Under the pieces are notes generated by a model. It was not told where the DNA came from. It did no database searches and saw only the letters and a program-made list of their open reading frames with translations. A DNA stretch of 53,820 nucleotides, taken from NCBI GenBank assembly GCA_964470005.1, contig CAYYAG010000001.1:9832-63651 (forward strand). Reading direction: 5' to 3'. The stretch comes from an uncultured Muribaculaceae bacterium (GTDB taxonomy: Bacteria > Cyanobacteriota > Vampirovibrionia > Gastranaerophilales > Gastranaerophilaceae). This document shows positions 18,851-26,981 of the stretch, in pieces (the stretch's first letter is position 1; every line of letters begins with the position of its first letter). Both the position numbers and the translations under genes were made by a program.

Positions 18851-19330
18851 TTAATCTTGAATTTCTATTCTATGAGGCTTATAGTCCTCAATATTTTGTT
18901 TTGGTATTGTTATTTTTAAAACTCCATCTTTATACTTTGCGGTGGCCTCTGCAGCTTTCACCGGCTGGTCAAAGGATATTGTTCTTTGATACTTACCGTA
19001 ACGAAATTCACTCGTATGATAACGTGTATTCTTTTCTGCTTCATCACGTTCTTCTTTTTCTTCATGAATTTCTGCTGTGATTGTCATGAAGTCATTGTCG
19101 ATTTCAATCTCTATATCATCTTTTTTTATACCGGGAAGTTGAACTTTTACCTTGTAGTCTTTTTTATGTTGTTTGACCTCAATTGCAGGTCTCCATATAG
19201 AATTCTTCTTAATATTCAACGGATTTGCAAAATGATTTGTCAGGAGAGTATCTCTTAAAAAATTATTCAGTTCCTGATGAATGCTGTCAAAGTACAGCTC
19301 CGGCTCTCTTATTATCAAATCGTGCTTCAT
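18851..19330 (-). CDS. Hsp20/alpha-crystallin family small heat-shock protein
   Basis: Alpha-crystallin domain (PAIEV..., DGVLKITIPK). Start taken at the ATG preceded by an AAAGGAG RBS. Confidence 0.9.
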   Translation of the reverse strand: MKHDLIIREPELYFDSIHQELNNFLRDTLLTNHFANPLNIKKNSIWRPAIEVKQHKKDYKVKVQLPGIKKDDIEIEIDNDFMTITAEIHEEKEERDEAEKNTRYHTSEFRYGKYQRTISFDQPVKAAEATAKYKDGVLKITIPKQNIEDYKPHRIEIQD

Positions 19331-19471
19331 AGAAACTCCTTTCATTATCAAGATAAACTTTCTTCTCTGAAGTTTCATTCTCTTATCGGTTAATAATTCA
19401 TTTTTAATTATACACTTTTGATTAATAGAATTAATTTATACTTGTTGAATAATTGTTTAAGGAGGATAAGT

Positions 19472-20497
19472 ATGTCAATAAAAATGCTCGTGTTTGAATA
19501 TAGAAAAACAGAACGTGATTTTTTCGGACAAAATAAATTCAATAATTATGACATTAAATTTTTTGATTTCAGCTTAAATGAGGAAACAATTAATGAAATA
19601 TCACCGGAAGATAAAGATCAAACTACAATTATTAGTACCTTTGTTAATTCAATTTTATCCCAAAACGTTATTGACCAGTTTAAAAACCTTCGGGTAATTG
19701 CAGTGCGTGCAACCGGATATGATAATGTAAATAAAAAAGCTTGTATACAAAGAAATATTGCCCTGTTAAATGTCCAAAATTACGGTGAAACTGCCGTTGC
19801 AGAATTCACTATAGGATTAATAATAGGTGTTGTAAGAAATATATTCAACTCAGTAATAAGCGTTAAAAATAATAGTTTTCAAAACACCTCTTTTGTCGGG
19901 AGAGATCTGGAAAGATTGACCCTCGGTGTTGTAGGAACAGGTGCTATAGGGGCAGCAGTTTGTAGACTGGCGCACGCATTTGGTATGAAGATACTTGCAT
20001 ATGACCTTACAGAAAAAACCGAACTTGAAGAAAAATATAATGTAAATTATACTACTCTGGAATTTTTGATAAGAAATTCTGACGTAATAACGCTTCATGT
20101 ACCATATACCGGCAACAACTACCATATGTTCTCAAAACATGAATTTGACTCAATGAAACAAAATTCATATTTTATAAATGTTGCCCGGGGTGAGCTTGTT
20201 GAGGCACGTTACTTAAAAGAGAATCTGGAGAACGGAAAAATTCTTGCAGCAGCACTGGATGTTGTTGCCTGCAACTATAATACTGCCTGTGAGAAGTTTT
20301 CTGATGATATGGAAAAATCCTCCCTAGAATGTCTGCAAAACTCCAAAACTATTCAGGAATTAATTGATATGCCGAATGTTTTTGTAACACCTCATATCGC
20401 TTACGAATCACAGGATGCAATCGATTATATTTTAACAAAAACTTTTGACGGTATCTCTGATTTTATCAACGGCGGCAGCAAAAACAGAGTTTTTTAG
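19472..20497 (+). CDS. D-isomer-specific 2-hydroxyacid dehydrogenase (D-lactate dehydrogenase-like)
   Basis: GVVGTGAIG NAD motif, catalytic region ARG...D...H, and TPHIAY. AAGGAGG RBS before ATG 19472. Confidence 0.85.
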   Translation: MSIKMLVFEYRKTERDFFGQNKFNNYDIKFFDFSLNEETINEISPEDKDQTTIISTFVNSILSQNVIDQFKNLRVIAVRATGYDNVNKKACIQRNIALLNVQNYGETAVAEFTIGLIIGVVRNIFNSVISVKNNSFQNTSFVGRDLERLTLGVVGTGAIGAAVCRLAHAFGMKILAYDLTEKTELEEKYNVNYTTLEFLIRNSDVITLHVPYTGNNYHMFSKHEFDSMKQNSYFINVARGELVEARYLKENLENGKILAAALDVVACNYNTACEKFSDDMEKSSLECLQNSKTIQELIDMPNVFVTPHIAYESQDAIDYILTKTFDGISDFINGGSKNRVF

Positions 20498-20549
20498 CTA
20501 AAATTTGTTAAAATTTTGCCTATAATACATATTATTTTATAATTAAAGA

Positions 20550-21878
20550 ATGAAAATAGGATTTGTACCAATAGATAACCGTCCGGTATGTTATACCTTA
20601 CCTGCACAAATTACGGCAATAGATGGTAATATAGAACTTTTTCTTCCCGAAAGAAAATGGCTTGGAGGTTTAACAAAATATGCGGACACTGAAAAAATAT
20701 TCAACTGGCTTGAAAATCTGCCCTCATTGGATGCGCTTGTTATTTCTCTTGATACACTTGCATACGGCGGTTTGATATCCTCCAGAAGATGTCCGGATTC
20801 TTTTGACCAAATCAGAACCCGAGTTGAAAGACTAAAAAAAATTCTGTCAAAAAAAGAGGCCAGAATATATGCATTCTCAAGTATTATGCGCATTTCAAAC
20901 AATAACGTCAACGAAGAAGAAAAAGAATACTGGTCAAAGTGGGGCAAAAAAATATTTAACTATTCATATTGTATGCATAAGTACGGTGCTGTTTGCCGGA
21001 AAGAAGTCCCCGACGAAATACTTGAAGATTATTTACAAACCAGAAAAAGAAATTTTGAGATAAATAAAATCTATCTTGACTGGCAAAAAGAGGGATTTTT
21101 CAATACTCTTGTATTTTCAAAAGACGATTGTGCCGAATTTGGCTTTAATGTTCAGGAAGCAAAAGAAATTGAAAATAATGGCGGCTTTGTCAAAACCGGT
21201 GCGGACGAAATCCCAATCTCTTTGCTGGCCAGAGCTATCAAAGGCGATATTAAAATTGCACCGGTATTTTTAGAACCCGAATATAAAAATTTAATATCAA
21301 ATTATGAAGATATATCCGTAGAAAAAAGTGTTCTTGGGCAAATTGAGCTGGCCGGCTGTAAAATTTCCGATACAGATAATGCAGATATCTTGTTATTTGT
21401 CAATAATTTTAAAGCTCATCAGGGTGAAATTGTTATGGGAATTGATACAGAACCTTTTAGCGGGAAATGGTCGCAGCCGGATAAACCATATATGATTGCT
21501 GATATACGCTTTGCAAACGGAAGTGACAATAGTTTTGTGGAGGAACTATTTAAAAGTGATTTCGGAAATAACTTTTATGGATATTCCTCCTGGAACACAA
21601 CTGCAAACTCTCTCGGCAGCTTAATTTGTGCCGCCAAAATTAAATTTTTAGCAAAAAAATATAATGACTGTGCTTTTAAAAAACTGGAAATAGTCCGCTT
21701 CCTGGATGATTGGGCTTATCAGGCGAATGTACGTCAAACCAATCCCGATGAAAAGTCTATTAAAAATAAAATGTCAGAATTTGAGAAAATTGTTTTTGGT
21801 AAAATAGGTTTAACGATGGATTTGAATTACAAGTTCCCGTGCAACAGATTGTTTGAGGTGGAAATTGAGTTTATTTGA
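20550..21878 (+). CDS. DUF4127-family protein
   Basis: The N-terminus MKIGFVPIDNRPVCY and overall length match my recollection of the DUF4127 family. Function unknown. Confidence 0.6.
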   Translation: MKIGFVPIDNRPVCYTLPAQITAIDGNIELFLPERKWLGGLTKYADTEKIFNWLENLPSLDALVISLDTLAYGGLISSRRCPDSFDQIRTRVERLKKILSKKEARIYAFSSIMRISNNNVNEEEKEYWSKWGKKIFNYSYCMHKYGAVCRKEVPDEILEDYLQTRKRNFEINKIYLDWQKEGFFNTLVFSKDDCAEFGFNVQEAKEIENNGGFVKTGADEIPISLLARAIKGDIKIAPVFLEPEYKNLISNYEDISVEKSVLGQIELAGCKISDTDNADILLFVNNFKAHQGEIVMGIDTEPFSGKWSQPDKPYMIADIRFANGSDNSFVEELFKSDFGNNFYGYSSWNTTANSLGSLICAAKIKFLAKKYNDCAFKKLEIVRFLDDWAYQANVRQTNPDEKSIKNKMSEFEKIVFGKIGLTMDLNYKFPCNRLFEVEIEFI

Positions 21879-22407
21879 TATATTTTTACTTGCAATAGCA
21901 CTCGGTATAGATTGCCTGATTGTATCATTTTCACAAGGGCTTATATTTTACAAAAAAAGAACAATTAATTCCTTGAGGCTTGCGTTTACAATGGGTCTGT
22001 TCCAAGGAATCATGCCGTGTATAGGATATGTTGGCGCCGCGTATATTTATAATTTTGTAGCACCTTACAGTAAATGGCTTGTTTTTGCAATATTTTTTAT
22101 CCTCGGTCTTAATTTTATTTTGGAATCCTTCAATACGGAAAAAGAAAAAATATGCTGTATCGGATTTAGATGTTTAATCAGCCTTGGTATTGCAACAAGC
22201 CTTGATGCACTGGTTGCAGGCGCCAGTTTAAACTTTTCACAGACTCCGCTTATTTTGCCTGCCGTAATTATAGGTGCCGCCTCTTTCATTATGTCTCTTG
22301 GAGGTTTCTGGTTCGGAAACTTTCTCAAAAAATTCCCGGCTAAATATCTTGAAATAACCGGCGGTATAATTTTAATATTTCTGGCTGTAAAATCTCTTGT
22401 TTTCTAG
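21865..22407 (+). CDS. mntP: manganese efflux pump MntP
   Basis: Six-TM DUF204/MntP pattern (LLAIALGIDCLIVS, ATSLDALVAG). The TTG start at 21865 follows GAGGTGG. The alternative TTG at 21853 overlaps the DUF4127 3' end. Confidence 0.85.
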   Translation: MSLFDIFLLAIALGIDCLIVSFSQGLIFYKKRTINSLRLAFTMGLFQGIMPCIGYVGAAYIYNFVAPYSKWLVFAIFFILGLNFILESFNTEKEKICCIGFRCLISLGIATSLDALVAGASLNFSQTPLILPAVIIGAASFIMSLGGFWFGNFLKKFPAKYLEITGGIILIFLAVKSLVF

Positions 22408-22475
22408 TTTTTTTGGCATGCTCGTATGCCTGCAAATACATTATTTTTCTGAATATTTTACATTTCTTAATATGC

Positions 22476-22525
22476 TTTTAAACCATGGAAAACCATGTTC
22501 TGACATGGTTTTCCATGGTTTAAAA
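22476..22525. repeat. perfect 22-bp inverted repeat with a 6-nt spacer
   Basis: TTTTAAACCATGGAAAACCATG (22476-22497) is the exact reverse complement of 22504-22525. Each arm carries CCATGG. Confidence 0.9.
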
Positions 22526-22636
22526 TCTTAAGAACATGATATAGCTTAATTTACCATGTAATTGACACCTCAAAACAGGCTGTATGAAGCCCATTAAGAA
22601 CGTTGTTACAAATCTTCACAACAGCATGTTTGCCCC

Positions 22637-22664
22637 TTGAAAAATAATACTTATTCCCTATAAT
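22637..22664 (+). promoter_or_regulatory. strong sigma-70-like promoter TTGAAA-16-TATAAT
   Basis: TTGAAA at 22637-22642 and TATAAT at 22659-22664. Followed by a roughly 110-nt GC-enriched leader before the small ORF. Confidence 0.6.
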
Positions 22665-22779
22665 GTTAGTATAAACAGGTCGGAGATAGTTGATACAAGC
22701 GACCTCAGGGGTGGGGTAAAGGCAGCATTGCTGTCTATATCACGCATGTGTGAGTAGATGAATTTGGAGATTATATAAA

Positions 22780-23001
22780 TTGTTTAGAAGTAGAGATATG
22801 GGTAGAGCCGTTGCTGTTAGAAGATGGACACCAACCGCTCTTGAATGTTATAAAAGAGGATGCAATTGTGAAGGATGTTTTTATAAAGATTTTTTCAGCG
22901 GATCTTCACAAAAATGCCAGATGAAAGCATCAGTGTTGGAATTGGTTAGAGTAATCGGCACACCAAATGTCGAATTACCACAATTTATTATAGAAGATTA
23001 A
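22780..23001 (+). CDS. small Cys-rich protein (C-x4-C-x-C-x2-C motif), about 67-73 aa
   Basis: ORF with GGAGA 9 nt before TTG 22780 and an alternative ATG at 22798. Motif RWTPTALECYKRGCNCEGCFY. Family not recognised. Confidence 0.6.
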   Translation: MFRSRDMGRAVAVRRWTPTALECYKRGCNCEGCFYKDFFSGSSQKCQMKASVLELVRVIGTPNVELPQFIIED

Positions 23002-23072
23002 TTTATTACCCCTTTAAAAAATCCGTTAATTGTGTTATACTGCTATGGCAGTATAATAATTGGAGGTTTTAA

Positions 23073-23438
23073 ATGCACATTTATGTAAACGGAAGAAACA
23101 TTGAAATTACTGATGCTATTAAGGCTTATGTAAAAGAAAAAATGGGCAAAGTGGCAGCACACTATGATCAGATACAAGGCATTGATGTTGTTTTGTCTGT
23201 AATAAAAAACCCTGCAGCATCAGGAAAACATGTTGCAGAAGTTTCTTGCAAGATGGCATCCGGCGTAATCCGCTGTGAAGAAGCTGCTGAATCTATGTAT
23301 GCAAGTATTGATTTACTCGCTGATAAACTGGCAAGACAAATTGAAAAATATAAAGGAAAAACACTATCTCCGGGAAAAGAATCTATTCGCACGGATTCTG
23401 TTGAAGAACCGGTAGAAACTGAAGATGATGTTGAATAA
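23073..23438 (+). CDS. hpf: ribosome hibernation promoting factor / RaiA family (short form)
   Basis: The MHIYVNGRNIEITDAIKAYV...KL...IEKYK pattern matches sigma-54 modulation protein/S30EA. GGAGG RBS. Confidence 0.9.
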   Translation: MHIYVNGRNIEITDAIKAYVKEKMGKVAAHYDQIQGIDVVLSVIKNPAASGKHVAEVSCKMASGVIRCEEAAESMYASIDLLADKLARQIEKYKGKTLSPGKESIRTDSVEEPVETEDDVE

Positions 23439-23444
23439 CACAAT

Positions 23445-23470
23445 TAAAAAGAGCTTTAAAAGCTCTTTTT
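23445..23470 (+). terminator. rho-independent terminator after hpf
   Basis: AAAAAGAGCT-TTAA-AGCTCTTTTT hairpin with a T-run. Confidence 0.8.
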
Positions 23471-23480
23471 AATTATATTC

Positions 23481-23509
23481 TTGTCAAATAAATTTAATTG
23501 TCTTATTAT
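23481..23509 (+). promoter_or_regulatory. sigma-70-like promoter TTGTCA-17-TATTAT
   Basis: TTGTCA at 23481-23486, a 17-nt spacer, and TATTAT at 23504-23509. Lies 18 nt upstream of the sORF ATG. Confidence 0.5.
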
Positions 23510-23527
23510 TACACGCAAAGGAAAAAA

Positions 23528-23614
23528 ATGGGAAATAACACAATAATGATGGAAATGATAATGATGCAAAGCCTAACTATAGGTGGCTATTGTTATGCAT
23601 TTCAAATGTGTTAA
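23528..23614 (+). CDS. candidate small ORF, 28 aa: MGNNTIMMEMIMMQSLTIGGYCYAFQMC
   Basis: Manual translation (below the ORF-track size cutoff). AAAGGA RBS-like element, its own promoter, hydrophobic and Met-rich. Confidence 0.3.
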   Translation: MGNNTIMMEMIMMQSLTIGGYCYAFQMC

Positions 23615-23692
23615 TCAACCGGATAAAAAATTCTAAAGATAATACAGATATTACCCCAAATATTTCCAAAACAAGACCTGTATTTGAAGGTT

Positions 23693-24319
23693 TTAAAAAT
23701 AACTTAAAATAAAATCAGCAAACCTGTCAGCTATAATTTGGTGTGAGTCTTTTGTATAATGTATGCCATCGTATTCAGACGGTCGGACAAAATTATTAAA
23801 ATCAAAATAATGACACCCATTTTCTTTTGCTGTTTTTTCAAATACATAAAAGGTTTTTTCAATTCTTTGAATAGATAATTCATCAAATATAGCGGCAAAC
23901 CATCCGTTAAACAAATCTTTTGTAATCTTTACCGGCGGAACCAAAATAATTTCGGGTTTTGAATTTGCATTTTGAATTATATTAATTAAATTTTTAAGCC
24001 CTTTTTCTACTGCAATTTCGTCCATAGCATAAAAAATTTGAGCATCATTTGTTCCAAGAGCAAGAATAACAATATCAAAATCACAATGATTTTGCCAATA
24101 TACGGATAAATAATCCGCACCGCTCTGCTTTAACCCCTCAGGATTTTTAAAAAATCCTGTACGGTTATTCATGCCTTCTTCAACAACTTCATATTTATCT
24201 TTAAGCAGTTGTGACAAAATCCCGCTCCAACGACTGTCTTTATCATATCTTGAACCGGTTAGAGGATTGTACCCGAAAGTATTAGAATCACCAAAACATA
24301 AAATTCTTTTCAATAACAC
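23693..24319 (-). CDS. SGNH/GDSL-family hydrolase (arylesterase/lipase-like)
   Basis: ILCFGDSNTFGY block I (catalytic Ser), GTND block, and a C-terminal DGIHYT (DxxH). Confidence 0.85.
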   Translation of the reverse strand: MLLKRILCFGDSNTFGYNPLTGSRYDKDSRWSGILSQLLKDKYEVVEEGMNNRTGFFKNPEGLKQSGADYLSVYWQNHCDFDIVILALGTNDAQIFYAMDEIAVEKGLKNLINIIQNANSKPEIILVPPVKITKDLFNGWFAAIFDELSIQRIEKTFYVFEKTAKENGCHYFDFNNFVRPSEYDGIHYTKDSHQIIADRFADFILSYF

Positions 24320-24337
24320 AACTTCTCATTAGCTGAA

Positions 24338-24412
24338 TGGCGGCGGTAAGGGGAATTGAACCCCTGTTTGGAGAATGAGAATCTCCCGTCCTAACCACTA
24401 GACGATACCGCT
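24338..24412 (-). tRNA. tRNA-Glu (anticodon CTC)
   Basis: Hand-folded cloverleaf. D arm is GTCT/GGAC with an AGTGGTTA loop. Anticodon stem is GGAGA/TCTCC with loop TTCTCAT. T arm is AGGGG-TTCAATT-CCCCT. Discriminator G and an encoded CCA. Position 1:72 is A:C. Confidence 0.85.
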
Positions 24413-24619
24413 GTGTATTTATATTGTACCACTAAAAAATTTTTAGCAAATTTTTTTAAAACATCAATAAAACGAATGATTTTATTTCTTAAGTCCTCTG
24501 CTAATATAAAACCATACTCCTTAGAGACTAAGATACACATATCCCTAATCAACAGCTATGCACCTCAGTACATAGCTTTTTTTTATATTTGCTGATATAA
24601 TTTAAAATAAGGAGCAAAA

Positions 24620-25087
24620 ATGATAGAACGATTAAAGAAAAATTTAAATGAATTTAAGACTTTTGCAATGCAAGGTAATGTTGTAGACATGGCAGTAGGT
24701 ATTATAATCGGGGCTGCCTTTGGAAAAATTATTGATTCATTGGTAAAGGACATTATCATGCCGCCATTAGGATGGCTTATGGGTAAAGTTGACTTTTCAA
24801 ATTTATACCTTACACTACCGAATTATGACGGTACACTTATAAAATATCCGTCCCTTGAAGCAGCCCAAAGCGCCGGAGCTGTTACAATAAATTATGGTAT
24901 TTTTATTAATACTTTAATAAGTTTTATAATAGTTGCATTTTCAGTATTTTTACTTATAAAAGCTATAAATAAACTCCGCGCCAAGGCGATTAAAGAAGAA
25001 GCCGTTACAACAAAAACATGCCCGTATTGCTTTACAGATATAGATATCAGAGCAACTAAATGCCCTAATTGTACAGCATCAATATAA
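24620..25087 (+). CDS. mscL: large-conductance mechanosensitive channel MscL with a C-terminal CxxC...CxxC extension
   Basis: The [23 protein letters not shown] signature. C-terminal [18 protein letters not shown]. Confidence 0.9.
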   Translation: MIERLKKNLNEFKTFAMQGNVVDMAVGIIIGAAFGKIIDSLVKDIIMPPLGWLMGKVDFSNLYLTLPNYDGTLIKYPSLEAAQSAGAVTINYGIFINTLISFIIVAFSVFLLIKAINKLRAKAIKEEAVTTKTCPYCFTDIDIRATKCPNCTASI

Positions 25088-25108
25088 TTTTTATGCTAAA
25101 ATAACGAT

Positions 25109-26485
25109 ATGTTTGAAAGTTTAAGCGACAGATTACAAAGCATAATAAGTAAAACCCGCAGTACAGAGCTTACACAGGATAATATGCAGGAGGCCTTACG
25201 CGAGATAAGACGTGCTCTTTTGGAGGCGGATGTTAATTTACGTGTAGTAAAGGCATTTATTTCTGCAATAAAAGATAAAGCCGATGGCGAAAAGGTTTTG
25301 GAAGGTATAGATCCATCACAGCAGTTAGTTAAAATAGTCCATGATGAACTGATAGAACTTTTAGGAAAAGAGCAAAAACCATTAGATTTAAACGGTCACC
25401 CGTCATTAATTATGATGCTTGGTCTGCAGGGCTCAGGTAAAACAACATCTTCTGCAAAACTGGCTGTAAAACTTAAAAAAGAGGGCAAAAATCCGCTTCT
25501 GGTTGCATGTGATGTTTATCGGCCTGCTGCAATTTCACAGTTAAAAACTTTAGGAAATGAAATTGGTGTTGAAGTTTTCACCATTGATGGCTCAAAAGAT
25601 GTTAAAAACATCGTTCAAAACGCCATAGATTATGCAAAAGAAAAAGGTTTTAATGTTTTAATTCTTGACACAGCAGGGCGTTTACAAATTGATACCGATA
25701 TGATGGCGGAGCTTTTAATAATTGACAGAGTTTTTGCACCGCAGGAAAAACTACTTGTAATTGATGCAATGACGGGTCAGGAAGCAGTAAACGTCGCAGA
25801 AAATTTTGATGCACAAATCGGATTAACAGGATTAGTTTTAACAAAACTTGACGGCGACAGCCGCGGCGGATCAGCGTTGAGTATTGTTTATTGCACCGGC
25901 AAGCCCATAAAGTTAACAGGTACCGGCGAAAAGCTTAATGCTCTTGAAGATTTTTATCCTGAACGTATGGCAACAAGAATTCTAGGCATGGGTGACATTG
26001 TATCCCTCGTTGAACGTGCTCAGGAAGTATTTGATGAAAAATCTGCCCGCGAGCTTGAGGCTAAAATGGCAAAGGCTGAATTTACCTTTGATGACTTCTT
26101 AAAAATGCAAAAACAGATGAAAATGATGGGTTCTATGGATCAAATTCTCGGGATGATTCCCGGGATGAAAATGTCAAAGGATGATCGTGAAAAAATCTCC
26201 CACGAAGGCGAAAAACAATTTAAAAAAATTGAAGTCTTTATCCAGAGTATGACCCCTGAAGAACGCGCTAATCCTGCACTTTTAAATACAAGCCGTAAAA
26301 AACGTATTTCTAAAGGTTGCGGAATTGATATGCATAATATTAACCTTTACATCAAACAGTTTGAACAAATGCGCATGATGATGAAAGGTATGAATGATAT
26401 GAAAAAAATGATGGGCGGTTTTGGCGGTAAAATGGGAAAACATGCTGTGACCAAGGCAATGTCTATGATGAGAAAATTCAGATAG
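25109..26485 (+). CDS. ffh: signal recognition particle protein Ffh
   Basis: N domain, GTPase motifs GLQGSGKTT / DTAGR / TKLD, and a Met-rich M domain. Confidence 0.95.
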   Translation: MFESLSDRLQSIISKTRSTELTQDNMQEALREIRRALLEADVNLRVVKAFISAIKDKADGEKVLEGIDPSQQLVKIVHDELIELLGKEQKPLDLNGHPSLIMMLGLQGSGKTTSSAKLAVKLKKEGKNPLLVACDVYRPAAISQLKTLGNEIGVEVFTIDGSKDVKNIVQNAIDYAKEKGFNVLILDTAGRLQIDTDMMAELLIIDRVFAPQEKLLVIDAMTGQEAVNVAENFDAQIGLTGLVLTKLDGDSRGGSALSIVYCTGKPIKLTGTGEKLNALEDFYPERMATRILGMGDIVSLVERAQEVFDEKSARELEAKMAKAEFTFDDFLKMQKQMKMMGSMDQILGMIPGMKMSKDDREKISHEGEKQFKKIEVFIQSMTPEERANPALLNTSRKKRISKGCGIDMHNINLYIKQFEQMRMMMKGMNDMKKMMGGFGGKMGKHAVTKAMSMMRKFR

Positions 26486-26507
26486 CTTGCAAAAACATTT
26501 TAATCGA

Positions 26508-26981
26508 TTATTTTCTAAGCATTACAACCGCATGCGCTTCAATTGCAAGCTTTTGGCCAACCGCATCAAGATTTTCATTGGTTTTAGCCTTAATTGACAA
26601 TTCGTCAAGTTCAATTTCAAGAATTTTACACAAGACTTTTTTCATCTTAGGAATATATGGCATCATTTTAGGTTCCTGAGCAATAATATTACAGTCAATA
26701 TTAACAATTTGCCAGCCTTTTTCGGATATTTTTTCGTAAACCTTTTCAAGCAAAATCGTGCTGTCAATATCTTTGTATTTCTTATCCGTATCAGGGAAAA
26801 GTGTTCCAATATCTGCAAGCGCAAGCGCCCCGAGCATGGCATCAACTATTGCATGGATTAAAACATCCGCGTCAGAATGCCCCAAAAGCCCTTTTTCATG
26901 GGTAATTTTAACCCCTCCGATAATCAGGTCACGCCCTGTTGTTAATTTATGAATATCATATCCCAAGCCAACTCTATACAT
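26508..26981 (-). CDS. ispF: 2-C-methyl-D-erythritol 2,4-cyclodiphosphate synthase
   Basis: GLGYDIHKL and GHSDADVLIHA motifs. Confidence 0.95.
   Translation of the reverse strand: MYRVGLGYDIHKLTTGRDLIIGGVKITHEKGLLGHSDADVLIHAIVDAMLGALALADIGTLFPDTDKKYKDIDSTILLEKVYEKISEKGWQIVNIDCNIIAQEPKMMPYIPKMKKVLCKILEIELDELSIKAKTNENLDAVGQKLAIEAHAVVMLRK

Noticed and set aside
18645-18854. 69-aa ORF spanning the GC-rich intergenic element
   Set aside because: It starts inside the glk stop and terminator region without an RBS. The region is better explained by extensive base-pairing as RNA structure. The composition looks like a translated structured RNA.
19355-19375. Heat-shock operator (CIRCE/HAIR) or RNA thermometer upstream of hsp20
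   Set aside because: Only a weak 6-bp dyad, AAACTT-N9-AAGTTT, is present. It matches neither CIRCE (TTAGCACTC-N9-GAGTGCTAA) nor HAIR. I found no convincing anti-SD pairing.
20500-21865. Expected yybP-ykoY manganese riboswitch upstream of mntP
   Set aside because: mntP overlaps the 3' end of the DUF4127 gene, so there is no leader. The short region upstream of DUF4127 shows none of the conserved yybP-ykoY motifs.
22411-22428. Sigma-54-like element TGGCAT-N5-TATGC just after the mntP stop
   Set aside because: It is an imperfect -12 element, and the sequence is also a simple 5-bp hairpin (GGCAT...ATGCC). The nearest downstream gene is over 350 bp away and has its own strong sigma-70-type promoter. 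No enhancer-binding protein lies nearby.
24413-24595. 60-aa ORF between tRNA-Glu and mscL
   Set aside because: No RBS and an AT-rich, low-complexity translation. The region is needed for the tRNA promoter (minus strand) and the mscL promoter (plus strand).
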